DNA from: the human T2T-CHM13v2.0 reference genome, Homo sapiens
Assembly (NCBI RefSeq): GCF_009914755.1
Contig: NC_060941.1
Length of the DNA: 64,000 bases
Direction: 5' to 3' (one strand)
The position numbers and the translations under genes were made by a program. Each line of letters opens with the position of its first letter. The stretch's first letter is position 1. This document shows positions 9,506 through 24,500 of the stretch, piece after piece. The notes beneath the pieces are model-generated. The model saw only the letters and a program-made list of their open reading frames with translations, did no database searches and was not told the origin of the DNA.

Positions 9506-12500
9506 TCTTTCTGTGGAATCTGCAAGTGGATATTTGGACCTATTTTGAAGATTTCGTTGGAAACGGGAGAATCTTCACAGGAAAGCTAAACAGAAGCATT
9601 CTCAGAAACTTCTTTGTGATGCTTGCATTCAACTCACAGAGTTGAACTTTCCTTTCGAGAGAGAAGCTTTGAAACACTCTTTTTCCAGAATCTGCAAGTG
9701 GACATTTGGAGGGCTTTGAGGCCTGTGGTGGAAAAGGAATTATCTTCCCGTAAAAGCTAGATAGAAGCATTCTCAGAAACTACTTTGTGATGATTGCATT
9801 CAAGTCACAGAGTTGAACATTCCCTTTGACAGAGCAGTTTGGAAACTCTCTTTGTGTAGAATCTGCAAGTGGAGATATGGACCGCTTTGAGGCCTATGGT
9901 AGTAAAGGAAATAGCTTCATATAAAAGCTAGACAGTAGCATTCACAGAAAACTCTTGGTGACGACTGAGTTTAACTCACAGAGCTGAACATTCCTTTGGA
10001 TGGAGCAGTTTCGAAACACACTATTTGTAGAATGTGCAAGTGGATATTTAGGCCTCTCTGAGGATTTCGTTGGAAACGGGATAAACCGCACAGAACTAAA
10101 CAGAAGCATTCTCAGAACCTTCTTCGTGATGTTTGCATTCAACTCACAGTGTTGAACCTTTCTTTGATAGTTCAGGTTTGAAACGGTCTTTCTGTAGAAA
10201 CTGCAAGTAGATATTTGGACCTCTCTGAGGATTTCGTTGGAAACGGGATAACCCGCACAGAACTAAAACAGAAGCATTCTCAGAACCCTCTTCGTGATGT
10301 TTGCATTCAACTCACAGTGCTGAACCTTTCTTTGATAGTTCAGCTTTGAAACACTCTTTTTGTAGAAACTGCAAGTGGATATTTGGTCCTCTCTGAGCAT
10401 TTCGTTGGAAACGGGATAAACTGCACAGAACTAAACAGAAGCATTCTCAGAACCTTCTTCGTGATGTCTGCATTCAACTCACAGTGTGGAACCTTTCTTT
10501 GATAGTTCAGGTTTGAAACAATCTTTTTGTAGAAACTGCAAGGGGATAATTGCACTCTTTGAGGAGTACCGTAGTAAAGGAAATAACTTCCTATAAAAAG
10601 AAGACAGAAGCTTTCTCAGAAAATTCTTTGGGATGATTGAGTTGAACTCACAGAGCTGAGCATTCCTTGTGATGTAGCAGTTTAGAAACACACTTTCTGC
10701 AGAATCTGCAAGTGCATATTTGGACCTCTGTGAGGAATTCGTTGGAAACGGGATAATTTCAGCTGACTAAACAGAAGCAGTCTCAGAATCTTCTTTGTGA
10801 TGTTTGCATTCAAATCCCCGAGTTGAACTTTCCTTTCAAAGTTCACGTTTGAAACACTCTTTTTGCAGGATCTACAAGTGGATATTTGGACCACTCTGTG
10901 TCCTTCGTTCGAAACGGGTATATCTTCACATGACATCTAGACAGAAGCATCCTCAGAAGCTTCTCTGTGATGACTGCATTCAACTCACGGAGTTGAACAC
11001 TCCTTTTGAGAGCGCAGTTTTGAAACTCTCTTTCTGTGGCATCTGCATGGGGACACGTAGACCTCTTTGAAGATTTCGTTGGAAACGGAATCATCTTCAC
11101 ATAAAAACTATACAGACGCATTCTCAGGAACTTTTTGGTGATGTTTGTATTCAACTCCCAGAGTTGAACTTTCCTTTGGAAAGAGCAGCTATGAAACACT
11201 CTTTTTCTAGAATCTGCAAGTGGACGTTTGGAGGGCTTTGTGGTTTGTGGTGGAAAAGGAAATATCTTCACCTAAATACTAGATAGAAGCATTCTCAGAA
11301 ACTGCTTTGTGATGATTGCATTCACCTCACAGAGTTGAACATTCCTATTGATAGAGCAGTTTGGAAACACTCTTGTTGTGGAATGTGCAAGTGGAGATTT
11401 GGAGCGCTTTGAGGCCTATGGTAGTAAAGGGAATAGCTTCATAGAAAAACTAGACAGAAGCATTCTCAGAAAATACTTTGTGATGATTGAGTTTAACTCA
11501 CAGAGCTGAACATTCCTTTGGATGGAGCAGGTTTGAGACACACCTTTTGTAGAATCTACAAGTGGATATTTGGACCTCTCTGAGGATTTCGTTGGAAACG
11601 GGATAACTGCACCTAACTAAACGGAAGCATTCTCAGAAACTTCTTGGTGATGTTTGCATTCAAATCCCAGAGTTGAACCTTCCTTTGATAGTTCAGGTTT
11701 GAAACACTCTTTTTGTAGGATCTGCAAGTGGATATTTGGACCACTCTGTGGCCTTCGTTCGAAACGGGTATATCTTCGCATAAAATCTAGACAGAAGCCT
11801 TCTCAGAAACTTCTCTGTGATGATTGCATTCAACTCACAGAGTTGAACCCTCCTATGGATAGAGCAGTGTTGAAACTCTCTTTTTGTGGAATCTGCAAGT
11901 GGCTATGTGGACCTCTCCGAAGATGTCTTTGGAAACGGGAATATCTTCACATAAAAACTAAACAGAAGCATTCTCAGAAACTTCTCTGTGATGTTTGTGT
12001 TCAACTCCCAGAGTTTCACATTGCTTTTCATAGAGTAGTTCTGAAACATGCTTTTCGTAGTGTCTACAAGTGGACATTTGGAGCGCTTTCAGGCCTGTGG
12101 TGGAAAACGAATTATGGTCACATAAAAACTGGAGAGAAGCATTGTCAGAAACTTCTTTGTGATGATTGCATTCAACTCACAGAGTTGAAGGTTCCTTTTC
12201 AAAGAGCAGTTTCCAATCACTCTTTCTGTGGAATCTGCAAGTGGATATTCGGACCTATTTTGAAGATTTCGTTGGAAACGGGAGAATCTTCACAGGAAAG
12301 CTAAACAGAAGCATTCTCAGAAACTTCTTTGTGATGCTTGCATTCAACTCACAGAGTTGAACTTTCCTTTCGAGAGAGAAGCTTTGAAACACTCTTTTTC
12401 CAGAATCTGCAAGTGGACATTTGGAGGGCTTTGAGGCCTGTGGTGGAAAAGGAATTATCTTCCCGTAAAAGCTAGATAGAAGCATTCTCAGAAACTACTT

Positions 12501-15500
12501 TGTGATGATTGCATTCAAGTCACAGAGTTGAACATTCCCTTTGACAGAGCAGTTTGGAAACTCTCTTTGTGTAGAATCTGCAAGTGGAGATATGGACCGC
12601 TTTGAGGCCTATGGTAGTAAAGGAAATAGCTTCATATAAAAGCTAGACAGTAGCATTCACAGAAAACTCTTGGTGACGACTGAGTTTAACTCACAGAGCT
12701 GAACATTCCTTTGGATGGAGCAGTTTCGAAACACACTATTTGTAGAATGTGCAAGTGGATATTTAGGCCTCTCTGAGGATTTCGTTGGAAACGGGATAAA
12801 CCGCACAGAACTAAACAGAAGCATTCTCAGAACCTTCTTCGTGATGTTTGCATTCAACTCACAGTGTTGAACCTTTCTTTGATAGTTCAGGTTTGAAACG
12901 GTCTTTCTGTAGAAACTGCAAGTAGATATTTGGACCTCTCTGAGGATTTCGTTGGAAACGGGATAACCCGCACAGAACTAAAACAGAAGCATTCTCAGAA
13001 CCCTCTTCGTGATGTTTGCATTCAACTCACAGTGCTGAACCTTTCTTTGATAGTTCAGCTTTGAAACACTCTTTTTGTAGAAACTGCAAGTGGATATTTG
13101 GTCCTCTCTGAGCATTTCGTTGGAAACGGGATAAACTGCACAGAACTAAACAGAAGCATTCTCAGAACCTTCTTCGTGATGTCTGCATTCAACTCACAGT
13201 GTGGAACCTTTCTTTGATAGTTCAGGTTTGAAACACTCTTTTTGTAGAAACTGCAAGGGGATAATTGCACTCTTTGAGGAGTACCGTAGTAAAGGAAATA
13301 ACTTCCTATAAAAAGAAGACAGAAGCTTTCTCAGAAAATTCTTTGGGATGATTGAGTTGAACTCACAGAGCTGAGCATTCCTTGCGATGTAGCAGTTTAG
13401 AAACACACTTTCTGCAGAATCTGCAAGTGCATATTTGGACCTCTGTGAGGAATTCGTTGGAAACGGGATAATTTCAGCTGACTAAACAGAAGCAGTCTCA
13501 GAATCTTCTTTGTGATGTTTGCATTCAAATCCCCGAGTTGAACTTTCCTTTCAAAGTTCACGTTTGAAACACTCTTTTTGCAGGATCTACAAGTGGATAT
13601 TTGGACCACTCTGTGTCCTTCGTTCGAAACGGGTATATCTTCACATGACATCTAGACAGAAGCATCCTCAGAAGCTTCTCTGTGATGACTGCATTCAACT
13701 CACGGAGTTGAACACTCCTTTTGAGAGCGCAGTTTTGAAACTCTCTTTCTGTGGCATCTGCAAGGGGACATGTAGACCTCTTTGAAGATTTCGTTGGAAA
13801 CGGAATCATCTTCACATAAAAACTATACAGACGCATTCTCAGGAACTTTTTGGTGATGTTTGTATTCAACTCCCAGAGTTGAACTTTCCTTTGGAAAGAG
13901 CAGCTATGAAACACTCTTTTTCTAGAATCTGCAAGTGGACGTTTGGAGGGCTTTGTGGTTTGTGGTGGAAAAGGAAATATCTTCACCTAAATACTAGATA
14001 GAAGCATTCTCAGAAACTGCTTTGTGATGATTGCATTCACCTCACAGAGTTGAACATTCCTATTGATAGAGCAGTTTGGAAACACTCTTGTTGTGGAATG
14101 TGCAAGTGGAGATTTGGAGCGCTTTGAGGCCTATGGTAGTAAAGGGAATAGCTTCATAGAAAAACTAGACAGAAGCATTCTCAGAAAATACTTTGTGATG
14201 ATTGAGTTTAACTCACAGAGCTGAACATTCCTTTGGATGGAGCAGGTTTGAGACACACTTTTTGTAGAATCTACAAGTGGATATTTGGACCTCTCTGAGG
14301 ATTTCGTTGGAAACGGGATAACTGCACCTAACTAAACGGAAGCATTCTCAGAAACTTCTTGGTGATGTTTGCATTCAAATCCCAGAGTTGAACCTTCCTT
14401 TGATAGTTCAGGTTTGAAACACTCTTTTTGTAGGATCTGCAAGTGGATATTTGGACCACTCTGTGGCCTTCGTTCGAAACGGGTATATCTTCGCATAAAA
14501 TCTAGACAGAAGCCTTCTCAGAAACTTCTCTGTGATGATTGCATTCAACTCACAGAGTTGAACCCTCCTATGGATAGAGCAGTGTTGAAACTCTCTTTTT
14601 GTGGAATCTGCAAGTGGATATGTGGACCTCTCCGAAGATGTCTTTGGAAACGGGAATATCTTCACATAAAAACTAAACAGAAGCATTCTCAGAAACTTCT
14701 CTGTGATGTTTGTGTTCAACTCCCAGAGTTTCACATTGCTTTTCATAGAGTAGTTCTGAAACATGCTTTTCGTAGTGTCTACAAGTGGACATTTGGAGCG
14801 CTTTCAGGCCTGTGGTGGAAAACGAATTATGGTCACATAAAAACTGGAGAGAAGCATTGTCAGAAACTTCTTTGTGATGATTGCATTCAACTCACAGAGT
14901 TGAAGGTTCCTTTTCAAAGAGCAGTTTCCAGTCACTCTTTGTGTGGAATCTGCAAGTGGATATTTGGACCTATTTTGAAGATTTCGTTGGAAACGGGAGA
15001 ATCTTCACAGGAAAGCTAAACAGAAGCATTCTCAGAAACTTCTTTGTGATGCTTGCATTCAACTCACAGAGTTGAACTTTCCTTTCGAGAGAGAAGCTTT
15101 GAAACACTCTTTTTCCAGAATCTGCAAGTGGACATTTGGAGGGCTTTGAGGCCTGTGGTGGAAAAGGAATTATCTTCCCGTAAAAGCTAGATAGAAGCAT
15201 TCTCAGAAACTACTTTGTGATGATTGCATTCAAGTCACAGAGTTGAACATTCCCTTTGACAGAGCAGTTTGGAAACTCTCTTTGTGTAGAATCTGCAAGT
15301 GGAGATATGGACCGCTTTGAGGCCTATGGTAGTAAAGGAAATAGCTTCATATAAAAGCTAGACAGTAGCATTCACAGAAAACTCTTGGTGACGACTGAGT
15401 TTAACTCACAGAGCTGAACATTCCTTTGGATGGAGCAGTTTCGAAACACACTATTTGTAGAATGTGCAAGTGGATATTTAGGCCTCTCTGAGGATTTCGT

Positions 15501-18500
15501 TGGAAACGGGATAAACCGCACAGAACTAAACAGAAGCATTCTCAGAACCTTCTTCGTGTTGTTTGCATTCAACTCACAGTGTTGAACCTTTCTTTGATAG
15601 TTCAGGTTTGAAACGGTCTTTCTGTAGAAACTGCAAGTAGATATTTGGACCTCTCTGAGGATTTCGTTGGAAACGGGATAACCCGCACAGAACTAAAACA
15701 GAAGCATTCTCAGAACCCTCTTCGTGATGTTTGCATTCAACTCACAGTGCTGAACCTTTCTTTGATAGTTCAGCTTTGAAACACTCTTTTTGTAGAAACT
15801 GCAAGTGGATATTTGGTCCTCTCTGAGCATTTCGTTGGAAACGGGATAAACTGCACAGAACTAAACAGAAGCATTCTCAGAACCTTCTTCGTGATGTCTG
15901 CATTCAACTCACAGTGTGGAACCTTTCTTTGATAGTTCAGGTTTGAAACACTCTTTTTGTAGAAACTGCAAGGGGATAATTGCACTCTTTGAGGAGTACC
16001 GTAGTAAAGGAAATAACTTCCTATAAAAAGAAGACAGAAGCTTTCTCAGAAAATTCTTTGGGATGATTGAGTTGAACTCACAGAGCTGAGCATTCCTTGC
16101 GATGTAGCAGTTTAGAAACACACTTTCTGCAGAATCTGCAAGTGCATATTTGGACCTCTGTGAGGAATTCGTTGGAAACGGGATAATTTCAGCTGACTAA
16201 ACAGAAGCAGTCTCAGAATCTTCTTTGTGATGTTTGCATTCAAATCCCCGAGTTGAACTTTCCTTTCAAAGTTCACGTTTGAAACACTCTTTTTGCAGGA
16301 TCTACAAGTGGATATTTGGACCACTCTGTGTCCTTCGTTCGAAACGGGTATATCTTCACATGACATCTAGACAGAAGCATCCTCAGAAGCTTCTCTGTGA
16401 TGACTGCATTCAACTCACGGAGTTGAACACTCCTTTTGAGAGCGCAGTTTTGAAACTCTCTTTCTGTGGCATCTGCAAGGGGACACGTAGACCTCTTTGA
16501 AGATTTCGTTGGAAACGGAATCATCTTCACATAAAAACTATACAGACGCATTCTCAGGAACTTTTTGGTGATGTTTGTATTCAACTCCCAGAGTTGAACT
16601 TTCCTTTGGAAAGAGCAGCTATGAAACACTCTTTTTCTAGAATCTGCAAGTGGACGTTTGGAGGGCTTTGTGGTTTGTGGTGGAAAAGGAAATATCTTCA
16701 CCTAAATACTAGATAGAAGCATTCTCAGAAACTGCTTTGTGATGATTGCATTCACCTCACAGAGTTGAACATTCCTATTGATAGAGCAGTTTGGAAACAC
16801 TCTTGTTGTGGAATGTGCAAGTGGAGATTTGGAGCGCTTTGAGGCCTATGGTAGTAAAGGGAATAGCTTCATAGAAAAACTAGACAGAAGCATTCTCAGA
16901 AAATACTTTGTGATGATTGAGTTTAACTCACAGAGCTGAACATTCCTTTGGATGGAGCAGGTTTGAGACACACTTTTTGTAGAATCTACAAGTGGATATT
17001 TGGACCTCTCTGAGGATTTCGTTGGAAACGGGATAACTGCACCTAACTAAACGGAAGCATTCTCAGAAACTTCTTGGTGATGTTTGCATTCAAATCCCAG
17101 AGTTGAACCTTCCTTTGATAGTTCAGGTTTGAAACACTCTTTTTGTAGGATCTGCAAGTGGATATTTGGACCACTCTGTGGCCTTCGTTCGAAACGGGTA
17201 TATCTTCGCATAAAATCTAGACAGAAGCCTTCTCAGAAACTTCTCTGTGATGATTGCATTCAACTCACAGAGTTGAACCCTCCTATGGATAGAGCAGTGT
17301 TGAAACTCTCTTTTTGTGGAATCTGCAAGTGGATATGTGGACCTCTCCGAAGATGTCTTTGGAAACGGGAATATCTTCACATAAAAACTAAACAGAAGCA
17401 TTCTCAGAAACTTCTCTGTGATGTTTGTGTTCAACTCCCAGAGTTTCACATTGCTTTTCATAGAGTAGTTCTGAAACATGCTTTTCGTAGTGTCTACAAG
17501 TGGACATTTGGAGCGCTTTCAGGCCTGTGGTGGAAAACGAATTATGGTCACATAAAAACTGGAGAGAAGCATTGTCAGAAACTTCTTTGTGATGATTGCA
17601 TTCAACTCACAGAGTTGAAGGTTCCTTTTCAAAGAGCAGTTTCCAATCACTCTTTCTGTGGAATCTGCAAGTGGATATTCGGACCTATTTTGAAGATTTC
17701 GTTGGAAACGGGAGAATCTTCACAGGAAAGCTAAACAGAAGCATTCTCAGAAACTTCTTTGTGATGCTTGCATTCAACTCACAGAGTTGAACTTTCCTTT
17801 CGAGAGAGAAGCTTTGAAACACTCTTTTTCCAGAATCTGCAAGTGGACATTTGGAGGGCTTTGAGGCCTGTGGTGGAAAAGGAATTATCTTCCCGTAAAA
17901 GCTAGATAGAAGCATTCTCAGAAACTACTTTGTGATGATTGCATTCAAGTCACAGAGTTGAACATTCCCTTTGACAGAGCAGTTTGGAAACTCTCTTTGT
18001 GTAGAATCTGCAAGTGGAGATATGGACCGCTTTGAGGCCTATGGTAGTAAAGGAAATAGCTTCATATAAAAGCTAGACAGTAGCATTCACAGAAAACTCT
18101 TGGTGACGACTGAGTTTAACTCACAGAGCTGAACATTCCTTTGGATGGAGCAGTTTCGAAACACACTATTTGTAGAATGTGCAAGTGGATATTTAGGCCT
18201 CTCTGAGGATTTCGTTGGAAACGGGATAAACCGCACAGAACTAAACAGAAGCATTCTCAGAACCTTCTTCGTGATGTTTGCATTCAACTCACAGTGTTGA
18301 ACCTTTCTTTGATAGTTCAGGTTTGAAACGGTCTTTCTGTAGAAACTGCAAGTAGATATTTGGACCTCTCTGAGGATTTCGTTGGAAACGGGATAACCCG
18401 CACAGAACTAAAACAGAAGCATTCTCAGAACCCTCTTCGTGATGTTTGCATTCAACTCACAGTGCTGAACCTTTCTTTGATAGTTCAGCTTTGAAACACT

Positions 18501-21500
18501 CTTTTTGTAGAAACTGCAAGTGGATATTTGGTCCTCTCTGAGCATTTCGTTGGAAACGGGATAAACTGCACAGAACTAAACAGAAGCATTCTCAGAACCT
18601 TCTTCGTGATGTCTGCATTCAACTCACAGTGTGGAACCTTTCTTTGATAGTTCAGGTTTGAAACACTCTTTTTGTAGAAACTGCAAGGGGATAATTGCAC
18701 TCTTTGAGGAGTACCGTAGTAAAGGAAATAACTTCCTATAAAAAGAAGACAGAAGCTTTCTCAGAAAATTCTTTGGGATGATTGAGTTGAACTCACAGAG
18801 CTGAGCATTCCTTGCGATGTAGCAGTTTAGAAACACACTTTCTGCAGAATCTGCAAGTGCATATTTGGACCTCTGTGAGGAATTCGTTGGAAACGGGATA
18901 ATTTCAGCTGACTAAACAGAAGCAGTCTCAGAATCTTCTTTGTGATGTTTGCATTCAAATCCCCGAGTTGAACTTTCCTTTCAAAGTTCACGTTTGAAAC
19001 ACTCTTTTTGCAGGATCTACAAGTGGATATTTGGACCACTCTGTGTCCTTCGTTCGAAACGGGTATATCTTCACATGACATCTAGACAGAAGCATCCTCA
19101 GAAGCTTCTCTGTGATGACTGCATTCAACTCACGGAGTTGAACACTCCTTTTGAGAGCGCAGTTTTGAAACTCTCTTTCTGTGGCATCTGCAAGGGGACA
19201 TGTAGACCTCTTTGAAGATTTCGTTGGAAACGGAATCATCTTCACATAAAAACTATACAGACGCATTCTCAGGAACTTTTTGGTGATGTTTGTATTCAAC
19301 TCCCAGAGTTGAACTTTCCTTTGGAAAGAGCAGCTATGAAACACTCTTTTTCTAGAATCTGCAAGTGGACGTTTGGAGGGCTTTGTGGTTTGTGGTGGAA
19401 AAGGAAATATCTTCACCTAAATACTAGATAGAAGCATTCTCAGAAACTGCTTTGTGATGATTGCATTCACCTCACAGAGTTGAACATTCCTATTGATAGA
19501 GCAGTTTGGAAACACTCTTGTTGTGGAATGTGCAAGTGGAGATTTGGAGCGCTTTGAGGCCTATGGTAGTAAAGGGAATAGCTTCATAGAAAAACTAGAC
19601 AGAAGCATTCTCAGAAAATACTTTGTGATGATTGAGTTTAACTCACAGAGCTGAACATTCCTTTGGATGGAGCAGGTTTGAGACACACTTTTTGTAGAAT
19701 CTACAAGTGGATATTTGGACCTCTCTGAGGATTTCGTTGGAAACGGGATAACTGCACCTAACTAAACGGAAGCATTCTCAGAAACTTCTTGGTGATGTTT
19801 GCATTCAAATCCCAGAGTTGAACCTTCCTTTGATAGTTCAGGTTTGAAACACTCTTTTTGTAGGATCTGCAAGTGGATATTTGGACCACTCTGTGGCCTT
19901 CGTTCGAAACGGGTATATCTTCGCATAAAATCTAGACAGAAGCCTTCTCAGAAACTTCTCTGTGATGATTGCATTCAACTCACAGAGTTGAACCCTCCTA
20001 TGGATAGAGCAGTGTTGAAACTCTCTTTTTGTGGAATCTGCAAGTGGATATGTGGACCTCTCCGAAGATGTCTTTGGAAACGGGAATATCTTCACATAAA
20101 AACTAAACAGAAGCATTCTCAGAAACTTCTCTGTGATGTTTGTGTTCAACTCCCAGAGTTTCACATTGCTTTTCATAGAGTAGTTCTGAAACATGCTTTT
20201 CGTAGTGTCTACAAGTGGACATTTGGAGCGCTTTCAGGCCTGTGGTGGAAAACGAATTATGGTCACATAAAAACTGGAGAGAAGCATTGTCAGAAACTTC
20301 TTTGTGATGATTGCATTCAACTCACAGAGTTGAAGGTTCCTTTTCAAAGAGCAGTTTCCAGTCACTCTTTGTGTGGAATCTGCAAGTTGATATTTGGACC
20401 TATTTTGAAGATTTCGTTGGAAACGGGAGAATCTTCACAGGAAAGCTAAACAGAAGCATTCTCAGAAACTTCTTTGTGATGCTTGCATTCAACTCACAGA
20501 GTTGAACTTTCCTTTCGAGAGAGAAGCTTTGAAACACTCTTTTTCCAGAATCTGCAAGTGGACATTTGGAGGGCTTTGAGGCCTGTGGTGGAAAAGGAAT
20601 TATCTTCCCGTAAAAGCTAGATAGAAGCATTCTCAGAAACTACTTTGTGATGATTGCATTCAAGTCACAGAGTTGAACATTCCCTTTGACAGAGCAGTTT
20701 GGAAACTCTCTTTGTGTAGAATCTGCAAGTGGAGATATGGACCGCTTTGAGGCCTATGGTAGTAAAGGAAATAGCTTCATATAAAAGCTAGACAGTAGCA
20801 TTCACAGAAAACTCTTGGTGACGACTGAGTTTAACTCACAGAGCTGAACATTCCTTTGGATGGAGCAGTTTCGAAACACACTATTTGTAGAATGTGCAAG
20901 TGGATATTTAGGCCTCTCTGAGGATTTCGTTGGAAACGGGATAAACCGCACAGAACTAAACAGAAGCATTCTCAGAACCTTCTTCGTGATGTTTGCATTC
21001 AACTCACAGTGTTGAACCTTTCTTTGATAGTTCAGGTTTGAAACGGTCTTTCTGTAGAAACTGCAAGTAGATATTTGGACCTCTCTGAGGATTTCGTTGG
21101 AAACGGGATAACCCGCACAGAACTAAAACAGAAGCATTCTCAGAACCCTCTTCGTGATGTTTGCATTCAACTCACAGTGCTGAACCTTTCTTTGATAGTT
21201 CAGCTTTGAAACACTCTTTTTGTAGAAACTGCAAGTGGATATTTGGTCCTCTCTGAGCATTTCGTTGGAAACGGGATAAACTGCACAGAACTAAACAGAA
21301 GCATTCTCAGAACCTTCTTCGTGATGTCTGCATTCAACTCACAGTGTGGAACCTTTCTTTGATAGTTCAGGTTTGAAACACTCTTTTTGTAGAAACTGCA
21401 AGGGGATAATTGCACTCTTTGAGGAGTACCGTAGTAAAGGAAATAACTTCCTATAAAAAGAAGACAGAAGCTTTCTCAGAAAATTCTTTGGGATGATTGA

Positions 21501-24500
21501 GTTGAACTCACAGAGCTGAGCATTCCTTGCGATGTAGCAGTTTAGAAACACACTTTCTGCAGAATCTGCAAGTGCATATTTGGACCTCTGTGAGGAATTC
21601 GTTGGAAACGGGATAATTTCAGCTGACTAAACAGAAGCAGTCTCAGAATCTTCTTTGTGATGTTTGCATTCAAATCCCCGAGTTGAACTTTCCTTTCAAA
21701 GTTCACGTTTGAAACACTCTTTTTGCAGGATCTACAAGTGGATATTTGGACCACTCTGTGTCCTTCGTTCGAAACGGGTATATCTTCACATGACATCTAG
21801 ACAGAAGCATCCTCAGAAGCTTCTCTGTGATGACTGCATTCAACTCACGGAGTTGAACACTCCTTTTGAGAGCGCAGTTTTGAAACTCTCTTTCTGTGGC
21901 ATCTGCAAGGGGACACGTAGACCTCTTTGAAGATTTCGTTGGAAACGGAATCATCTTCACATGAAAACTATACAGACGCATTCTCAGGAACTTTTTGGTG
22001 ATGTTTGTATTCAACTCCCAGAGTTGAACTTTCCTTTGGAAAGAGCAGCTATGAAACACTCTTTTTCTAGAATCTGCAAGTGGACGTTTGGAGGGCTTTG
22101 TGGTTTGTGGTGGAAAAGGAAATATCTTCACCTAAATACTAGATAGAAGCATTCTCAGAAACTGCTTTGTGATGATTGCATTCACCTCACAGAGTTGAAC
22201 ATTCCTATTGATAGAGCAGTTTGGAAACACTCTTGTTGTGGAATGTGCAAGTGGAGATTTGGAGCGCTTTGAGGCCTATGGTAGTAAAGGGAATAGCTTC
22301 ATAGAAAAACTAGACAGAAGCATTCTCAGAAAATACTTTGTGATGATTGAGTTTAACTCACAGAGCTGAACATTCCTTTGGATGGAGCAGGTTTGAGACA
22401 CACTTTTTGTAGAATCTACAAGTGGATATTTGGACCTCTCTGAGGATTTCGTTGGAAACGGGATAACTGCACCTAAGTAAACGGAAGCATTCTCAGAAAC
22501 TTCTTGGTGATGTTTGCATTCAAATCCCAGAGTTGAACCTTCCTTTGATAGTTCAGGTTTGAAACACTCTTTTTGTAGGATCTGCAAGTGGATATTTGGA
22601 CCACTCTGTGGCCTTCGTTCGAAACGGGTATATCTTCGCATAAAATCTAGACAGAAGCCTTCTCAGAAACTTCTCTGTGATGATTGCATTCAACTCACAG
22701 AGTTGAACCCTCCTATGGATAGAGCAGTGTTGAAACTCTCTTTTTGTGGAATCTGCAAGTGGATATGTGGACCTCTCCGAAGATGTCTTTGGAAACGGGA
22801 ATATCTTCACATAAAAACTAAACAGAAGCATTCTCAGAAACTTCTCTGTGATGTTTGTGTTCAACTCCCAGAGTTTCACATTGCTTTTCATAGAGTAGTT
22901 CTGAAACATGCTTTTCGTAGTGTCTACAAGTGGACATTTGGAGCGCTTTCAGGCCTGTGGTGGAAAACGAATTATGGTCACATAAAAACTGGAGAGAAGC
23001 ATTGTCAGAAACTTCTTTGTGATGATTGCATTCAACTCACAGAGTTGAAGGTTCCTTTTCAAAGAGCAGTTTCCAATCACTCTTTGTGTGGAATCTGCAA
23101 GTGGATATTTGGACCTATTTTGAAGATTTCGTTGGAAACGGGAGAATCTTCACAGGAAAGCTAAACAGAAGCATTCTCAGAAACTTCTTTGTGATGCTTG
23201 CATTCAACTCACAGAGTTGAACTTTCCTTTCGAGAGAGAAGCTTTGAAACACTCTTTTTCCAGAATCTGCAAGTGGACATTTGGAGGGCTTTGAGGCCTG
23301 TGGTGGAAAAGGAATTATCTTCCCGTAAAAGCTAGATAGAAGCATTCTCAGAAACTACTTTGTGATGATTGCATTCAAGTCACAGAGTTGAACATTCCCT
23401 TTGACAGAGCAGTTTGGAAACTCTCTTTGTGTAGAATCTGCAAGTGGAGATATGGACCGCTTTGAGGCCTATGGTAGTAAAGGAAATAGCTTCATATAAA
23501 AGCTAGACAGTAGCATTCACAGAAAACTCTTGGTGACGACTGAGTTTAACTCAGAGAGCTGAACATTCCTTTGGATGGAGCAGTTTCGAAACACACTATT
23601 TGTAGAATGTGCAAGTGGATATTTAGGCCTCTCTGAGGATTTCGTTGGAAACGGGATAAACCGCACAGAACTAAACAGAAGCATTCTCAGAACCTTCTTC
23701 GTGATGTTTGCATTCAACTCACAGTGTTGAACCTTTCTTTGATAGTTCAGGTTTGAAACGGTCTTTCTGTAGAAACTGCAAGTAGATATTTGGACCTCTC
23801 TGAGGATTTCGTTGGAAACGGGATAACCCGCACAGAACTAAAACAGAAGCATTCTCAGAACCCTCTTCGTGATGTTTGCATTCAACTCACAGTGCTGAAC
23901 CTTTCTTTGATAGTTCAGCTTTGAAACACTCTTTTTGTAGAAACTGCAAGTGGATATTTGGTCCTCTCTGAGCATTTCGTTGGAAACGGGATAAACTGCA
24001 CAGAACTAAACAGAAGCATTCTCAGAACCTTCTTCGTGATGTCTGCATTCAACTCACAGTGTGGAACCTTTCTTTGATAGTTCAGGTTTGAAACACTCTT
24101 TTTGTAGAAACTGCAAGGGGATAATTGCACTCTTTGAGGAGTACCGTAGTAAAGGAAATAACTTCCTATAAAAAGAAGACAGAAGCTTTCTCAGAAAATT
24201 CTTTGGGATGATTGAGTTGAACTCACAGAGCTGAGCATTCCTTGCGATGTAGCAGTTTAGAAACACACTTTCTGCAGAATCTGCAAGTGCATATTTGGAC
24301 CTCTGTGAGGAATTCGTTGGAAACGGGATAATTTCAGCTGACTAAACAGAAGCAGTCTCAGAATCTTCTTTGTGATGTTTGCATTCAAATCCCCGAGTTG
24401 AACTTTCCTTTCAAAGTTCACGTTTGAAACACTCTTTTTGCAGGATCTACAAGTGGATATTTGGACCACTCTGTGTCCTTCGTTCGAAACGGGTATATCT

